Shown here in pieces: positions 35,205-44,965 of a stretch of DNA of 64,000 nucleotides (its first letter is position 1; each line of letters starts with the position of its first letter). The translations under genes and the position numbers were made by a program. Source of the stretch: a virus; the IMG/VR virus record IMGVR_UViG_3300045012_000053, positions 37,361-101,360 of that record. The stretch is one strand, 5' to 3'. The notes below the pieces were generated by a model. The model made no database searches and was not told where the DNA came from. It was given only the letters and a program-made list of their open reading frames with translations.

Positions 35205-35609
35205 TCAACTACCCCACAGCGGCAGATAGTCGAGGATGTCCACAATCTGTTTCGGTTCCGCCAGCACAGCCATCGCCGTGATCGGATTGAATTTGCCATA
35301 CGCGGCTTCGTTCTCGTCGGAGAAGAGAACCGGGTAGAGTCTCTTCTTCACCAAGGTGGCGAAGTTGTGCATCAGCTCCCTCGAATCGCGCGCTTGTAAG
35401 ATGATCGTGGTGATCGGCTGGAACTCGTGGCAGTGCTTCTCCGGTGGGTTCTCGTGGCGAAGCATGCTCACCGCGTGGCACGCTTGCGCGATCTGCCGTC
35501 CCATAGGTTGCAGCACGTGCATCACCTTCCCGCTGTATCCCACGCCAGCAGGAGCTGGGACTTGAACGGTCGCCGGGATGACTACGTAGATGCGCTTCTC
35601 TTCCTTCAT
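35205..35609 (-). CDS. Peptidyl-tRNA hydrolase 2 (Pth2)-like protein
   Basis: GRQIAQACHA, TIILQ, FSD, ITAMA and LPLW match the PTH2 fold motifs. Confidence 0.7.
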   Translation of the reverse strand: MKEEKRIYVVIPATVQVPAPAGVGYSGKVMHVLQPMGRQIAQACHAVSMLRHENPPEKHCHEFQPITTIILQARDSRELMHNFATLVKKRLYPVLFSDENEAAYGKFNPITAMAVLAEPKQIVDILDYLPLWGS

Positions 35610-35992
35610 GCTGTTTCCTCCGTATCCGGTCTCCTATAACCCATTTGGTCCGCGATCTCTCTGCACTTCACAGCTACATCCTTGAACGCTTCGTCCGGTT
35701 CGTAAATCCCGGTCCAGAACGCGCGCACCCACTGGCGTCTCTCCGAATCAACAACCATGAACATGCCGTTGCCCGGCCCGCAACTGATTGATGAGATAAA
35801 AATTTCATCTTCCGCGCGGTCCATCATGTTGCCGACGATCTCAATTGCTGCGTCCGATGTCTCTTCCGTGTCCCATTTGTGAAGCAATTCCCATTGCCCG
35901 TTCTTGTAGTCGTGGAGCATTCCACCCCATTCCTCCGAGTGCATCACTAGAACCTTCGCGCCCCAATGACGAAGCCAGCGAGGAAGAATCAC
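35606..35992 (-). CDS. Hypothetical protein
   Basis: 128-aa ORF overlapping both neighbours by 4 nt. Confidence 0.55.
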   Translation of the reverse strand: MILPRWLRHWGAKVLVMHSEEWGGMLHDYKNGQWELLHKWDTEETSDAAIEIVGNMMDRAEDEIFISSISCGPGNGMFMVVDSERRQWVRAFWTGIYEPDEAFKDVAVKCREIADQMGYRRPDTEETA

Positions 35993-36870
35993 AGTTGAAA
36001 CCCCAGTCCGGCCTTTTCAGACCATGACTTCCTTTCATCGATTTGACTTCCGATCTTGGTGTAGCGCTCCGTAACGTCACCCGCTGCGTGGCCTACCCAA
36101 AACTTGATGAGCGTCGCGGGTACGTTGTTCGCTTGGAGAAGAGTGATGCGAAAGCGGCGCAAGCTGTGAAACCCGGGGATGTGGAGAGCGGCCAGCTGAC
36201 GGCGGTATGTCTCATCGGAAGATGGGAACAGCGGCGTTCCCGATTCGCGGTTCCCAAATTGAGAACGGAGGAGCTGGTTCAGCTGAGGGTCCAAGTCGAC
36301 CGTGCGGGTGCCCGCCTTTGTCTTCGTGTGCGGCTGGGTCTCCCCGTCAACCCGGGTAGAATGGACGCGGAGCGTACCCGCCTCCCCGTCCCAGTCCCCC
36401 ACAGTCAAGGACAGTGCTTCTCCTATTCTAAGGCCCGTCCCGGCCAGTAGGGCTACCAAGACCCTAGTTTCGCTAGAAGTCGTCCCCACGGCCCCCTGTA
36501 TTGCAGGAAGGGGGCATATAGGAGCCTTTTGAGACATCGGGTCGACCCGGGGGGAGTCGATAAACCGGGCGTTCCACGTGCGGGGGTAGAGCTGGTTGCC
36601 CTCTTCGTCCACCGCCGACTTCACGATCTGTTTCACCAAGCTGACCGCCAAGGTAATGGTGGAAGGACTCAGTCCGGCCTCGGTGAGACGGCCTACGAGC
36701 ATCTTGGCGGTCTTGTTGCCGACGTCCGCCATTTCCACCCCGCCGATCAAGGGTAAGATGCGAGCGTCTAGAAGGGAACGGTAAACGTGCAGAGTGTTCG
36801 GTCTGATTGGGTCAGACTTCCGGCTGGTTATCTCCGATATGAACGCTTCTGCTTGTTGTTTAAAGTTCAT
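35989..36870 (-). CDS. int: Tyrosine recombinase / integrase
   Basis: GLRIGE, KTK, HSLRR, GH...TERY catalytic residues; GGAG SD before ATG 36870. Confidence 0.9.
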   Translation of the reverse strand: MNFKQQAEAFISEITSRKSDPIRPNTLHVYRSLLDARILPLIGGVEMADVGNKTAKMLVGRLTEAGLSPSTITLAVSLVKQIVKSAVDEEGNQLYPRTWNARFIDSPRVDPMSQKAPICPLPAIQGAVGTTSSETRVLVALLAGTGLRIGEALSLTVGDWDGEAGTLRVHSTRVDGETQPHTKTKAGTRTVDLDPQLNQLLRSQFGNRESGTPLFPSSDETYRRQLAALHIPGFHSLRRFRITLLQANNVPATLIKFWVGHAAGDVTERYTKIGSQIDERKSWSEKAGLGFQL

Positions 36871-36886
36871 CGCATTCTCCACAGAC

Positions 36887-36915
36887 AGACTACCACAAGA
36901 CGAGAACTTTGTCAA
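36887..36915 (-). promoter_or_regulatory. sigma70 promoter of the integrase
   Basis: TTGACA-N17-TAGTCT with TG extension. Confidence 0.65.
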
Positions 36916-36943
36916 GAACTATTTTAAATGAGTTTAAAAGAGT

Positions 36944-37579
36944 TTAAAGAAAATCGCCCGATCTGGGACTAGACCGGGCGCCCAATGACCGCTCGAATCC
37001 TTCTACACGTCCTTGCTGGCGCTGCCACTCTGGGCCAACGGCTTTATCACGAAGCCTCTTAGCTTCGCTTAACTGCTGCTCAATGCCCGCTTCCCCCTGC
37101 TTGCCCTCGACGGGCGGCTCCACGCTTTCGATGTACTCGTAGCGGCACATGCAACCACCTGCTTCGGTTATGACGCCGCAATAGCTAGTAGTCTGGTGCT
37201 CATGGTGACATTCAGCACAACGCCAGATGCGTCTGACGGGCGGCTCGGCTATTTTCGCGTTTAGAATCCTGTGCAACTCGCAAGAACATCCATCCTCATC
37301 CTCTCCGCGCAAATGCTCTTCGCAGAATCGTACAGCCTTTTTCCATTCAGATGACTCATCGGACCAGACTGTATGCTCTGGCGCGGGCGGCTCTCCTGCT
37401 GCTGGGACGGCGAGCAGGGCTTCGAGTTCGTCGGCGCAATAACGCAACGCATCCACGGTCTGACCATTGACTGTTGGACCTGCCAAGCTCCAACGCACAG
37501 CTTTATCACGCCACATTGCCACCAGGCCCCGCAGCGCCTCAAAGGGCTTCTGTTCGCTCATCATAACACCACCGTACAA
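36944..37579 (-). CDS. Hypothetical protein with Cys/His cluster
   Basis: CADELEA motif and CAECHHEH...C...CMC. Confidence 0.5.
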   Translation of the reverse strand: MYGGVMMSEQKPFEALRGLVAMWRDKAVRWSLAGPTVNGQTVDALRYCADELEALLAVPAAGEPPAPEHTVWSDESSEWKKAVRFCEEHLRGEDEDGCSCELHRILNAKIAEPPVRRIWRCAECHHEHQTTSYCGVITEAGGCMCRYEYIESVEPPVEGKQGEAGIEQQLSEAKRLRDKAVGPEWQRQQGRVEGFERSLGARSSPRSGDFL

Positions 37580-38648
37580 GTGATCGCCGCCGCGAATAGA
37601 AAATAGAGTGATCGGCGATAATCTTTTTGAAGGAGATAAGCGATTGACAAGACCACGTTGAAGAAGATTAGTGCTAGCCCGATCAGACTCGCCGAACTCA
37701 TGTACTTGCTAATGTGATTCGGCATTTTTAATCGCTTTCCTCGAATTTAATTGATAGTTCCACTACTGCCAACATTCCCATCACATTCGCAAGACATCGC
37801 AGTTTGTTGGTTCCGGGCTGCGGGGTCGGCTCTCCAATGAGAACGATGCCGGGGCGGATTTCTGTTCCGTCCATCTTGGGCAATACCATGCTGCCTCTCA
37901 CAGCAAGCCCTCCTTATCCAAAACTTCTTCCAATTCTCTCAGTGTCACATGGCCCCAGCACATCTGAGTGCCGCAGTTCAGTTTTCTTTCAATAATCATT
38001 TCCCTCTCCCGTTCTGGTTCACAAATTCGATGTCACTGAGATGCTTTTCCTTCTCAAGCCGACGAGTAACGACTACGTACTCCTCCCACGATCTTGTCTC
38101 CAAGACGCGCATCGCCTTCACCAAATCATCGTTCGGTTCCGGATGCCCGGGTCCACACATCACGCCAGCTCCTTCAACAGCAGATTCTTCGGCCCTAACA
38201 GCAGCTCGTAGAGATCACACGCGAACTCGTACGTGTAGCGGCCCGACAGGTAATCGTACCAGATCGCGGCCTTGATGCGGGTCAGTTGTTCCATAACCAC
38301 CCCAAAATATAAGCCAAGATAATTAGTGCGACAGGGACGCCAACGAGCGGTGTCATTAGTATCAACATCATCAGACCTAGAAATACTGCGATCACGCCGC
38401 CGATTATTCCCAACATTCCTAAGCCAACCGAAATGTTTTGTAGATGCTTTTTCATCGCACTCTCACAAGTGCTTGAAATTCCCGACGCATATCGTTCTTG
38501 CCCGCTTCGTACGCTCTTTCTAAAAGACGATACTCGCCCTCTTCAATCAACAATTCTGTCCACTGGTTCATTGAGCCAAAGATGTATCGAACTCTATAGA
38601 TGCGAATGTTGTCTGGCAGGTGTCCTAAAAATTCCATGCAGATGTTTC

Positions 38649-39185
38649 TCATCGCGGTCCCTCGAAGTAGTTGTCTATGATGATCTGGCGGAATCCGCCC
38701 TGCATATCGATTTGCAGCATGCAGGAGCGCCACAGCCTTCCGTGGTCGATCTGTACGCCGAAGAAATCCCTGTCCGTGCTCCACACTTTGATGTGGCACA
38801 TCTCGTGAAGCATCGTGAAGTCCGCGACCCTAGGTGCCAGCGTGTACCGCTCGTTGTAACTGATCTCGCAATTCGTGCCCGCGTCGTCGTGGCAGAACGA
38901 GGACGCCATGCGCTTGGTGTGCTCCGACAAATCGATCTTGATATTTTTAGGAAGGCGGTCGTGGAAGTAGACAGCGTTATAAGTGTCATAAAGCTGGTGC
39001 AGGTAAGCCGCGTCGGTCTCCCCCATAGTAGTGACGGGGGTGTCGACGTAGACCTCCGGCATGGACGGCTCTTGTTGGGGCGCGTGGCCGAAGAGGAGAA
39101 ACGCGATCACGCCGAGGAGAATGGTGAGGACGATCTTCATCCCCAAAGGTGTTTTAAAAATAACGTCGTCCTGATATCTAGGCAT
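38649..39185 (-). CDS. Membrane-anchored SprT-like zinc metalloprotease
   Basis: TM helix, YNAVYF..RLP, LHEMCH, DHG..W. Confidence 0.75.
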   Translation of the reverse strand: MPRYQDDVIFKTPLGMKIVLTILLGVIAFLLFGHAPQQEPSMPEVYVDTPVTTMGETDAAYLHQLYDTYNAVYFHDRLPKNIKIDLSEHTKRMASSFCHDDAGTNCEISYNERYTLAPRVADFTMLHEMCHIKVWSTDRDFFGVQIDHGRLWRSCMLQIDMQGGFRQIIIDNYFEGPR

Positions 39186-39758
39186 CTTCTCCCTCGTCCA
39201 CTCGGATGATGTCTTGATGCTCATACAGGCTATCACAATTCGGGTCGTTTGTCAAGGGCAAAATTTCGTCCACCTCCGGCAGCTTCGGCTGCGATAACAA
39301 CGCCGAGGACGGTGGCAATACGGAGAACTTCCCCTTCACGAGTATCCACTGCCTAGGGTTGTCCGGGTCCTCCCGGTAAACGATGGCCTCCGGGACGTTG
39401 TAGCGGGCGGGAACCTTCTCGTCCGCGCGGAGAACCACGCGCGCGTCCTTCACGGAGCCGCCGGGCTGGAAGGCTACGATCACAGTGTCTTTAATCTCTT
39501 TAATTTAATTGAAACTACTTTGTCGGCTGGTATTTTGCTGGATATCATTCTTCCTCGTTTATCTCTACGAGGTTTTGGATTTTCATTAGCCCCTCACTCT
39601 CAAATGCCGAACGACGTCCGATTTCCCGCCGTTGACGCTGTGCTCGATGACCGTGACGATCTCCTGCTTCGGTCGAGCGGCGTTCTGCTCTTTACGCAGC
39701 TTTTTAAAGAACTCCGCGCTGCCCGGATTCTTGCGGTTGCGGTGACCTTTGTCGCTTC

Positions 39759-40691
39759 TCATTTTTCAATCCTTTTAATGCGCCCATCCTCAACTGCCTT
39801 CAAGAACTTTGCGACATACCCGTTATCGTATTGCAGCATCATTTCGTTATAGTTTTCTAGAGCAAACTCTCGGAACCAGCCGGAGCACAAAGTGGTGCAA
39901 ATCCTCATCACGGCCCACTCGTACGCTTTTCTAGGGTTAGCGATTGCCTCTCCCTCGAAGAGCATCGGGATGATACACCGCTCCAAAGCGATCACGTAGG
40001 CTTCTTCTTGAACACAGCGGATACGTGCTGTGAGTGACATCGCGTCAAACTTCTCTTTAGAACACGCGACTTTGTCCGGGTCGATCTTGATTCTCTCGAA
40101 CATCGGGCGCTCCCCGAACGCCATCACCTCATGAATCTGGTCATGGATGAACGTGCGGTTCGAGACGTTGTCATCGAAGAAATCGACTGCCATCTTGTTC
40201 AACGAGGGGGTACGAAGACGTTCTCGCTCCACGACCTCTTTGTATCGAAGCGCGGTGACTTTCTCGAAATAATCTTTTCCGTATTGAAATATGTTATGGA
40301 GAAGGGTGTAATCTTGAACGTGCTTGTGGAACATTCGAGGCGAGTGGCGATGTGATCTCTTCAAGCTGTACAGCATTTCGAGAGGCGCGACGTCGATCTT
40401 CATTCCGCAGAATTCTGCTTGATCTAGTCTGCCCATCTTCTCCGCGTAATCGAGATACAAACTGGTGGAATCGCCATACTGGGCGATGTCAAACTCCACC
40501 ATCTTACCATCCGGAGCCTTACAGAGGACTTTGGTCGGCGCAACCTTCAAATAAGTCAGGCCCATGAAGTTAGCTGCATTGAAGACTTCGTCTTCTCGCA
40601 CGAGTAGGTCAAGATCGGTAGGCACTCTGTGGAGTGACCGTCCGATCTTTTCCAATCCGAAACGCAGCGCTTGTGAGCCTATGACGATCAT
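39759..40691 (-). CDS. Phage nucleotidyltransferase-fold protein
   Basis: IGSQAL...DLDLL (GS..DxD), LKRSH, HDQIHE, EEAYV, CTTLCSGWFREF. Confidence 0.7.
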   Translation of the reverse strand: MIVIGSQALRFGLEKIGRSLHRVPTDLDLLVREDEVFNAANFMGLTYLKVAPTKVLCKAPDGKMVEFDIAQYGDSTSLYLDYAEKMGRLDQAEFCGMKIDVAPLEMLYSLKRSHRHSPRMFHKHVQDYTLLHNIFQYGKDYFEKVTALRYKEVVERERLRTPSLNKMAVDFFDDNVSNRTFIHDQIHEVMAFGERPMFERIKIDPDKVACSKEKFDAMSLTARIRCVQEEAYVIALERCIIPMLFEGEAIANPRKAYEWAVMRICTTLCSGWFREFALENYNEMMLQYDNGYVAKFLKAVEDGRIKRIEK

Positions 40692-40954
40692 TAGTAGCTC
40701 GATGATTCGATGTACGGCTCGCTCTCAACAAATTCGACGCTGGATTCATACGTCGACATATAGTCGGAGCGAAGCTTTTGAAAATCTTCCAGCGTGTACT
40801 CGGCCTTGAATTGCAGGCCAGCGGAGGCCGCGTCCTGTTTCAAGTCGGTGAGTTCTGAGAACGCTTCCTGCGGGGTGAATGTGCCGTTCTCCACATAGAA
40901 AACGATATCCAGCAATCGCCGTTGTGCATCAGTCAGAGTGAACTTCGAGGCCAT
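40691..40954 (-). CDS. Small acidic protein with repeated YESS tail
   Basis: AGGAGG SD; coupled to the nucleotidyltransferase gene. Confidence 0.65.
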   Translation of the reverse strand: MASKFTLTDAQRRLLDIVFYVENGTFTPQEAFSELTDLKQDAASAGLQFKAEYTLEDFQKLRSDYMSTYESSVEFVESEPYIESSSY

Positions 40955-40983
40955 AGCCCCTCCTTTATTTGAACAACGAAACC

Positions 40984-41012
40984 AGCCTATCATACTGCAA
41001 TCGAAAAGTCAA
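40984..41012 (-). promoter_or_regulatory. sigma70 promoter
   Basis: TTGACT-N17-TAGGCT with TG extension. Confidence 0.6.
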
Positions 41013-41237
41013 GAGAAAAATTCTAGGGTCCACGCCTATGAACCACCCGATCAGCGCGGGTATTCCGTGGACTGGACAGAACCACTCAATCACGGGTCAG
41101 CTTTCCTTTCAACTCCGGGAACGCGTGTTCAATCTCTCGATCTTCAATCCAGTCCGCAACCGCCCACCACAATCGGAGGATGCCCAATCCAACTGGCAGG
41201 ACAAGAGCGCTTACAAGTGCGACGATGAGTAACATCT

Positions 41238-41627
41238 TCATCGAGGGTAGCTCGCGAGCACGCCGAACGGATTGATCTGGTCCGGGCGGGTGCGCTTGTC
41301 CACCACGGTCTTGGTGTTGTCGAGAACGGTGAGCAGGATGGACGCAATGGCGATGGTCAGCCCTGCTTGCGGCTGGGGCGGCTTCCCTGCGTGCTCCCGC
41401 TTGATTGTGCGCACTAGTTCGCCCCGGAGCTGACGGTGAGACATCTTCGGGACAGCCTTCCCATACAGTTCCAGCCGCTCCTGTTCCGCCTTCCGTTCCG
41501 CTGCGGCCTTCTCCAAGGCGGCGCGCAACTCAGCTTGCTGTTCTGCGGTGAGAACTACCGCAGCGGGGGCCTTCTTCACGTTCTTCTTAAACGGCTTCTT
41601 GTCGCTCATTTTTCTCTCCTGTACCAT
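41238..41627 (-). CDS. Hypothetical basic protein
   Basis: ORF with SD before MSDKK. Confidence 0.55.
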   Translation of the reverse strand: MVQERKMSDKKPFKKNVKKAPAAVVLTAEQQAELRAALEKAAAERKAEQERLELYGKAVPKMSHRQLRGELVRTIKREHAGKPPQPQAGLTIAIASILLTVLDNTKTVVDKRTRPDQINPFGVLASYPR

Positions 41628-42037
41628 CCGCCGATTCGTAACTTTTTAGCGGGCGGTGAATTTAAATAAGATTGAAACGGAATGCACAATTTCAAAACTT
41701 TTGGACGTCTTTCCAATGCTCCAAGAATTCGATTACATAACGTGCACAAGAGACCTCGAACTCTTTTTAATCCTCCGTGTTCGTGGTCTATATTTAAGGT
41801 CTTCCAGCGCCCTTCTTTACTTGTCTTTGACCCGCAAATGGCGCAACGACCTTTTTGAAATCGAAACAAAGACCGAACTTGTTCCGACGTTAAGCCGTAT
41901 TGAGACATCCACATATACGCTCTCTTGATGCTTTTTCCTTTCTTTCGATACCAAGCGCGTATCTGAGCGTTGATTCTATTTCGGTTTTTATTTCTGTAAA
42001 TCGCCATCCTTTCAAGTTTGTTTAATTTTGCCATCAT
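41606..42037 (-). CDS. Endonuclease VII-family HNH endonuclease
   Basis: YGLT...QKGRCAIC...IDHEH...VRGLLCTLCN; AT-rich. Confidence 0.9.
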   Translation of the reverse strand: MMAKLNKLERMAIYRNKNRNRINAQIRAWYRKKGKSIKRAYMWMSQYGLTSEQVRSLFRFQKGRCAICGSKTSKEGRWKTLNIDHEHGGLKRVRGLLCTLCNRILGALERRPKVLKLCIPFQSYLNSPPAKKLRIGGWYRREK

Positions 42038-42189
42038 TAATCACCGATACTATTTTTCCTGTTCTGCATTTCCAATGCCAAGTCCCATCTTCAAAACAGA
42101 TCGCCTTGTGTTTGCAAACGTAACAGCCACCGCACCGGGAACACAGGAACAGATACTCCCCGTGCATACTTACCAGCTTGCAGTTATGC

Positions 42190-42573
42190 TTACTCATGCT
42201 GGTGATTAGAGAACCAGCAGGTTGGCATTGTTTCCACTTCGATCTCGTAATGCGCTAATCGTCGCAGCACGCCGATCAACTTCAACGAAGATGAATCATA
42301 AGATGAGGCAAATTTTACGTCGTGCGTGAAAACCGGGCGTCCTGTAGGCGTCACGCCAGCCAAGTACTGAGGAGCGCTCTCTCTCATCACGATCACGTGG
42401 GAGGAGAATTTATCCGCCAGTGTGAGAATTTCGGTGTTACTTGGAGGCGCGTAAAAGTGCGCGTGCCCGCGTTCCACGTCCCGCAAGTATTTCTCTGCTA
42501 AAGTATGAATATCTGTCATCACAGTCCTTTCCAAATCTAAGGGCAGTCTAGCATAAGACTGCCCCCTTGTCAA
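42190..42573 (-). CDS. Hypothetical protein (true start probably MTDIH)
   Basis: ORF downstream of a promoter. Confidence 0.55.
   Translation of the reverse strand: MTRGQSYARLPLDLERTVMTDIHTLAEKYLRDVERGHAHFYAPPSNTEILTLADKFSSHVIVMRESAPQYLAGVTPTGRPVFTHDVKFASSYDSSSLKLIGVLRRLAHYEIEVETMPTCWFSNHQHE
42545..42573 (-). promoter_or_regulatory. sigma70 promoter overlapped by a 9-bp inverted repeat
   Basis: TTGACA-N17-TAGACT; GGGCAGTCT/AGACTGCCC. Confidence 0.6.
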
Positions 42574-42576
42574 GCA

Positions 42577-43728
42577 CTATTTTCCTTCCCCAAAGAACTG
42601 TACCGAAACGGTACCCTCTTGGTCGTCCGCAGCCGTTACACTGATCTTGGACGTGGCGCGCTTGCGGAGATAGCTGACCGCCACTCCGGAGGTATACACG
42701 TTGCCCGTCAGAATGATCTCCCCGCGCCCCATACCGATGGCGCGATCAAGGATTGCGATGCCTTGAGGACTTAGGGCTACCCGGGTCGTGGGACAAACGC
42801 CTGCCGCCGTGGTTCTCAGTACGCGGAAGCTGCCGAGATCGGTTAAACGAACCGGGGTCTCTACACGTTCCGGAACTGGCTGCGGCTTTACTTCCGTCTT
42901 AGGTTCCTCCCAAGTAATCACGCGAGGAGTGACCGCTTGTGGCTGAGGCTGAGGCGGCTGCTCCACCAAGACCTGCTTAGGAGTGACGATCATCAAACAC
43001 TGTGCCAACGTAAGCTTGGCGCGCTTTGCGGCATCAGTGCTGCAAAGGATGCGCGCGGAGGCCTCGTCGTTGCCGAGAGCGTGGAAGATGACGGCGGTCT
43101 GCCGGGAATCGCAGCCCTTGTCGGTCTTGCTGACGCCGAAAGAGCCTGCAAAACCGGGAGACGATGCGCCGCCGCTGAAACCTTTCACGCACGGTGAGGT
43201 GGTGAACGCCGCTTCCGGCGCGTACGCCATCGGTGTGTTGCGCTGGACGTTCTCGGTGAACGAGGTGGAGTTACCGGAAGAGTTGTTTGACGAACTCGCG
43301 GAGCCGCCTGCTCCACCCGTTGCTGAATTTGTGTTGGTATTGGAAGAATTCCCGGAGTTGTTCACGGTCGAGTTGCCACTGTTCTTCACAGCCGACGACC
43401 CGCCCGTCGCTGTCGCGGAGCCACCTGCTGCTGTAGCTGCTGAGTTGCCGCCTGCGGCGTTGGAGGTACTGGATGAGTTGCTGTTTGCTGTGCTCGTCGA
43501 GTTTGCTGACGAGTTCTGTGACTGATTCTGTTGCTGAGCCGGACCCGGTGTCGGGTTGGCCGGAGTTGCTGGTACGCATATGAATGCAATTCCCTCCACC
43601 ACGTCGTAGAACGGCGTGGTTGTTGGCGTCCCGGGGGGCGCTTGCTGCCTGATCTGTCCGGTAGGACAGTTCCACGCCATTGCGGGTGATGCAAAAAGCA
43701 AAGCTAGGACTGGGAGAAACTTCTTCAT
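42577..43728 (-). CDS. Secreted protein with long S/N/G/T-rich linker and Cys-containing domains
   Basis: Signal peptide MKKFLPVLALLFASPAMA. Confidence 0.75.
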   Translation of the reverse strand: MKKFLPVLALLFASPAMAWNCPTGQIRQQAPPGTPTTTPFYDVVEGIAFICVPATPANPTPGPAQQQNQSQNSSANSTSTANSNSSSTSNAAGGNSAATAAGGSATATGGSSAVKNSGNSTVNNSGNSSNTNTNSATGGAGGSASSSNNSSGNSTSFTENVQRNTPMAYAPEAAFTTSPCVKGFSGGASSPGFAGSFGVSKTDKGCDSRQTAVIFHALGNDEASARILCSTDAAKRAKLTLAQCLMIVTPKQVLVEQPPQPQPQAVTPRVITWEEPKTEVKPQPVPERVETPVRLTDLGSFRVLRTTAAGVCPTTRVALSPQGIAILDRAIGMGRGEIILTGNVYTSGVAVSYLRKRATSKISVTAADDQEGTVSVQFFGEGK

Positions 43729-43745
43729 TGTTGCTCTTTTCTGGC

Positions 43746-43982
43746 CTATGGCCGATTAGTTTTTAGTTTGTAATCGCGGAACATGTTCATCAGCACACGA
43801 ATCGCAAACGCCTGCCAGAAAGTAATCTTGGCGACGCCGAACACGAGTGTGATGATCTGGGCGGTGAAGAGGACATTCACCAGAAATTCTGTAAACCACG
43901 TGGTTGCCAACAGAAGTAAAACGGCAACGATCACTTGTGTAAGTATCTTCATAAAACCTCCACTCGTATTACAGCCTAACAC
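43746..43982 (-). CDS. Small membrane protein
   Basis: Hydrophobic; ITFWQAF motif; GGAGG SD before MKILT. Confidence 0.6.
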   Translation of the reverse strand: MLGCNTSGGFMKILTQVIVAVLLLLATTWFTEFLVNVLFTAQIITLVFGVAKITFWQAFAIRVLMNMFRDYKLKTNRP

Positions 43983-44001
43983 ACTTCGTCTGAAATGTCA
44001 A
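43973..44001 (-). promoter_or_regulatory. sigma70 promoter
   Basis: TTGACA-N17-TAGGCT with TG extension. Confidence 0.65.
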
Positions 44002-44506
44002 GCACAATTTTCTCGCAGAAGAGACAGGTCGGCGGGTCCTGCTTTTCATAGAAGTAAACAGGCGCGCGGCAGATACAGCAGAGCGTGGTAGGGGGAGGGG
44101 GCGGGATGTAACGGGTAGCTGTGGGCGGGAGAGGCGGGAGATCGGACGCGTCGATGTAGCCTTTCTCAGGAATGGGCGTCGCCTTACCTTCCTGCTCCTG
44201 CATCTTCAATTTCTTTTTCAGTTCTTTGTTGTGTTCCGCGAGGAGAGCCTTCGTCTCCGCGTTTTTCTGTTCCACGGCCCACAAAGACACAAACTGTTCC
44301 CTCGCTTCCGGGGAGATAGTGAGTCCGGAAGCTGGGCGATTCTCTCTTAATTTTCCAAGAGGCCCAGCCTTGTACGTGTACCATATCCATTCGGGTGCTC
44401 CGTCAGTCTTGAAACCCGCTCCCTTCGCGGCGGCGAGATCGCCGTGGAAGTCTTGGGAGAACTCGGCCTCGAAGCGGCGAAAAGTACCATTCCAGCGGAG
44501 GTTCAT
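43976..44506 (-). CDS. Hypothetical protein with C-terminal Zn ribbon
   Basis: CCIC...CLFC. Confidence 0.6.
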   Translation of the reverse strand: MNLRWNGTFRRFEAEFSQDFHGDLAAAKGAGFKTDGAPEWIWYTYKAGPLGKLRENRPASGLTISPEAREQFVSLWAVEQKNAETKALLAEHNKELKKKLKMQEQEGKATPIPEKGYIDASDLPPLPPTATRYIPPPPPTTLCCICRAPVYFYEKQDPPTCLFCEKIVLDISDEVC

Positions 44507-44965
44507 TTATTGAGGTGATCTCTCAGTCTCTCGAAGACCCAGTTCACGGTGTCGTACGCTTGCTGCTCCGGAAGATTGTGGTCCTCGATCAGGTGTACAA
44601 TTAGTCGGTTCGCCATTCGCATACTGACGCTGCTCTTACAGCGCAGACAATCCCTCATCATCGGAATATCGATGACAGTAACAACGCGGGGGCCGTAGAT
44701 CATTCGTTGGATGAGGGAGAGCATTACGTGCTCAACCCCAACTCGATGCCGCTCTTCGCCAGTTCCAAGGCGCGGCGCAGCTTCCCGTTTTCTGCGATCA
44801 GATCATCCATCGTTTGACTCACGATGTTCCACTGCTCCGAGACCTGCGACGCAACCAAGTGCGACGTTGGGTCCTCGTTTGATTTCTCCGTGCTCGTAGT
44901 GAGCATGTTCTCTATTTGACTTTCTATCCATCCTTGCGCGAATATAGCAGAAGATAATTTATGGC

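Noticed and set aside
35989-36870. Host assignment (Acidobacteriota-like integrase)
   Set aside because: Only an impression from recall; cannot be supported without a search
41606-42060. Third copy of the kissing-hairpin leader before the minus-strand EndoVII gene
   Set aside because: The start overlaps the upstream ORF and no such hairpins are visible
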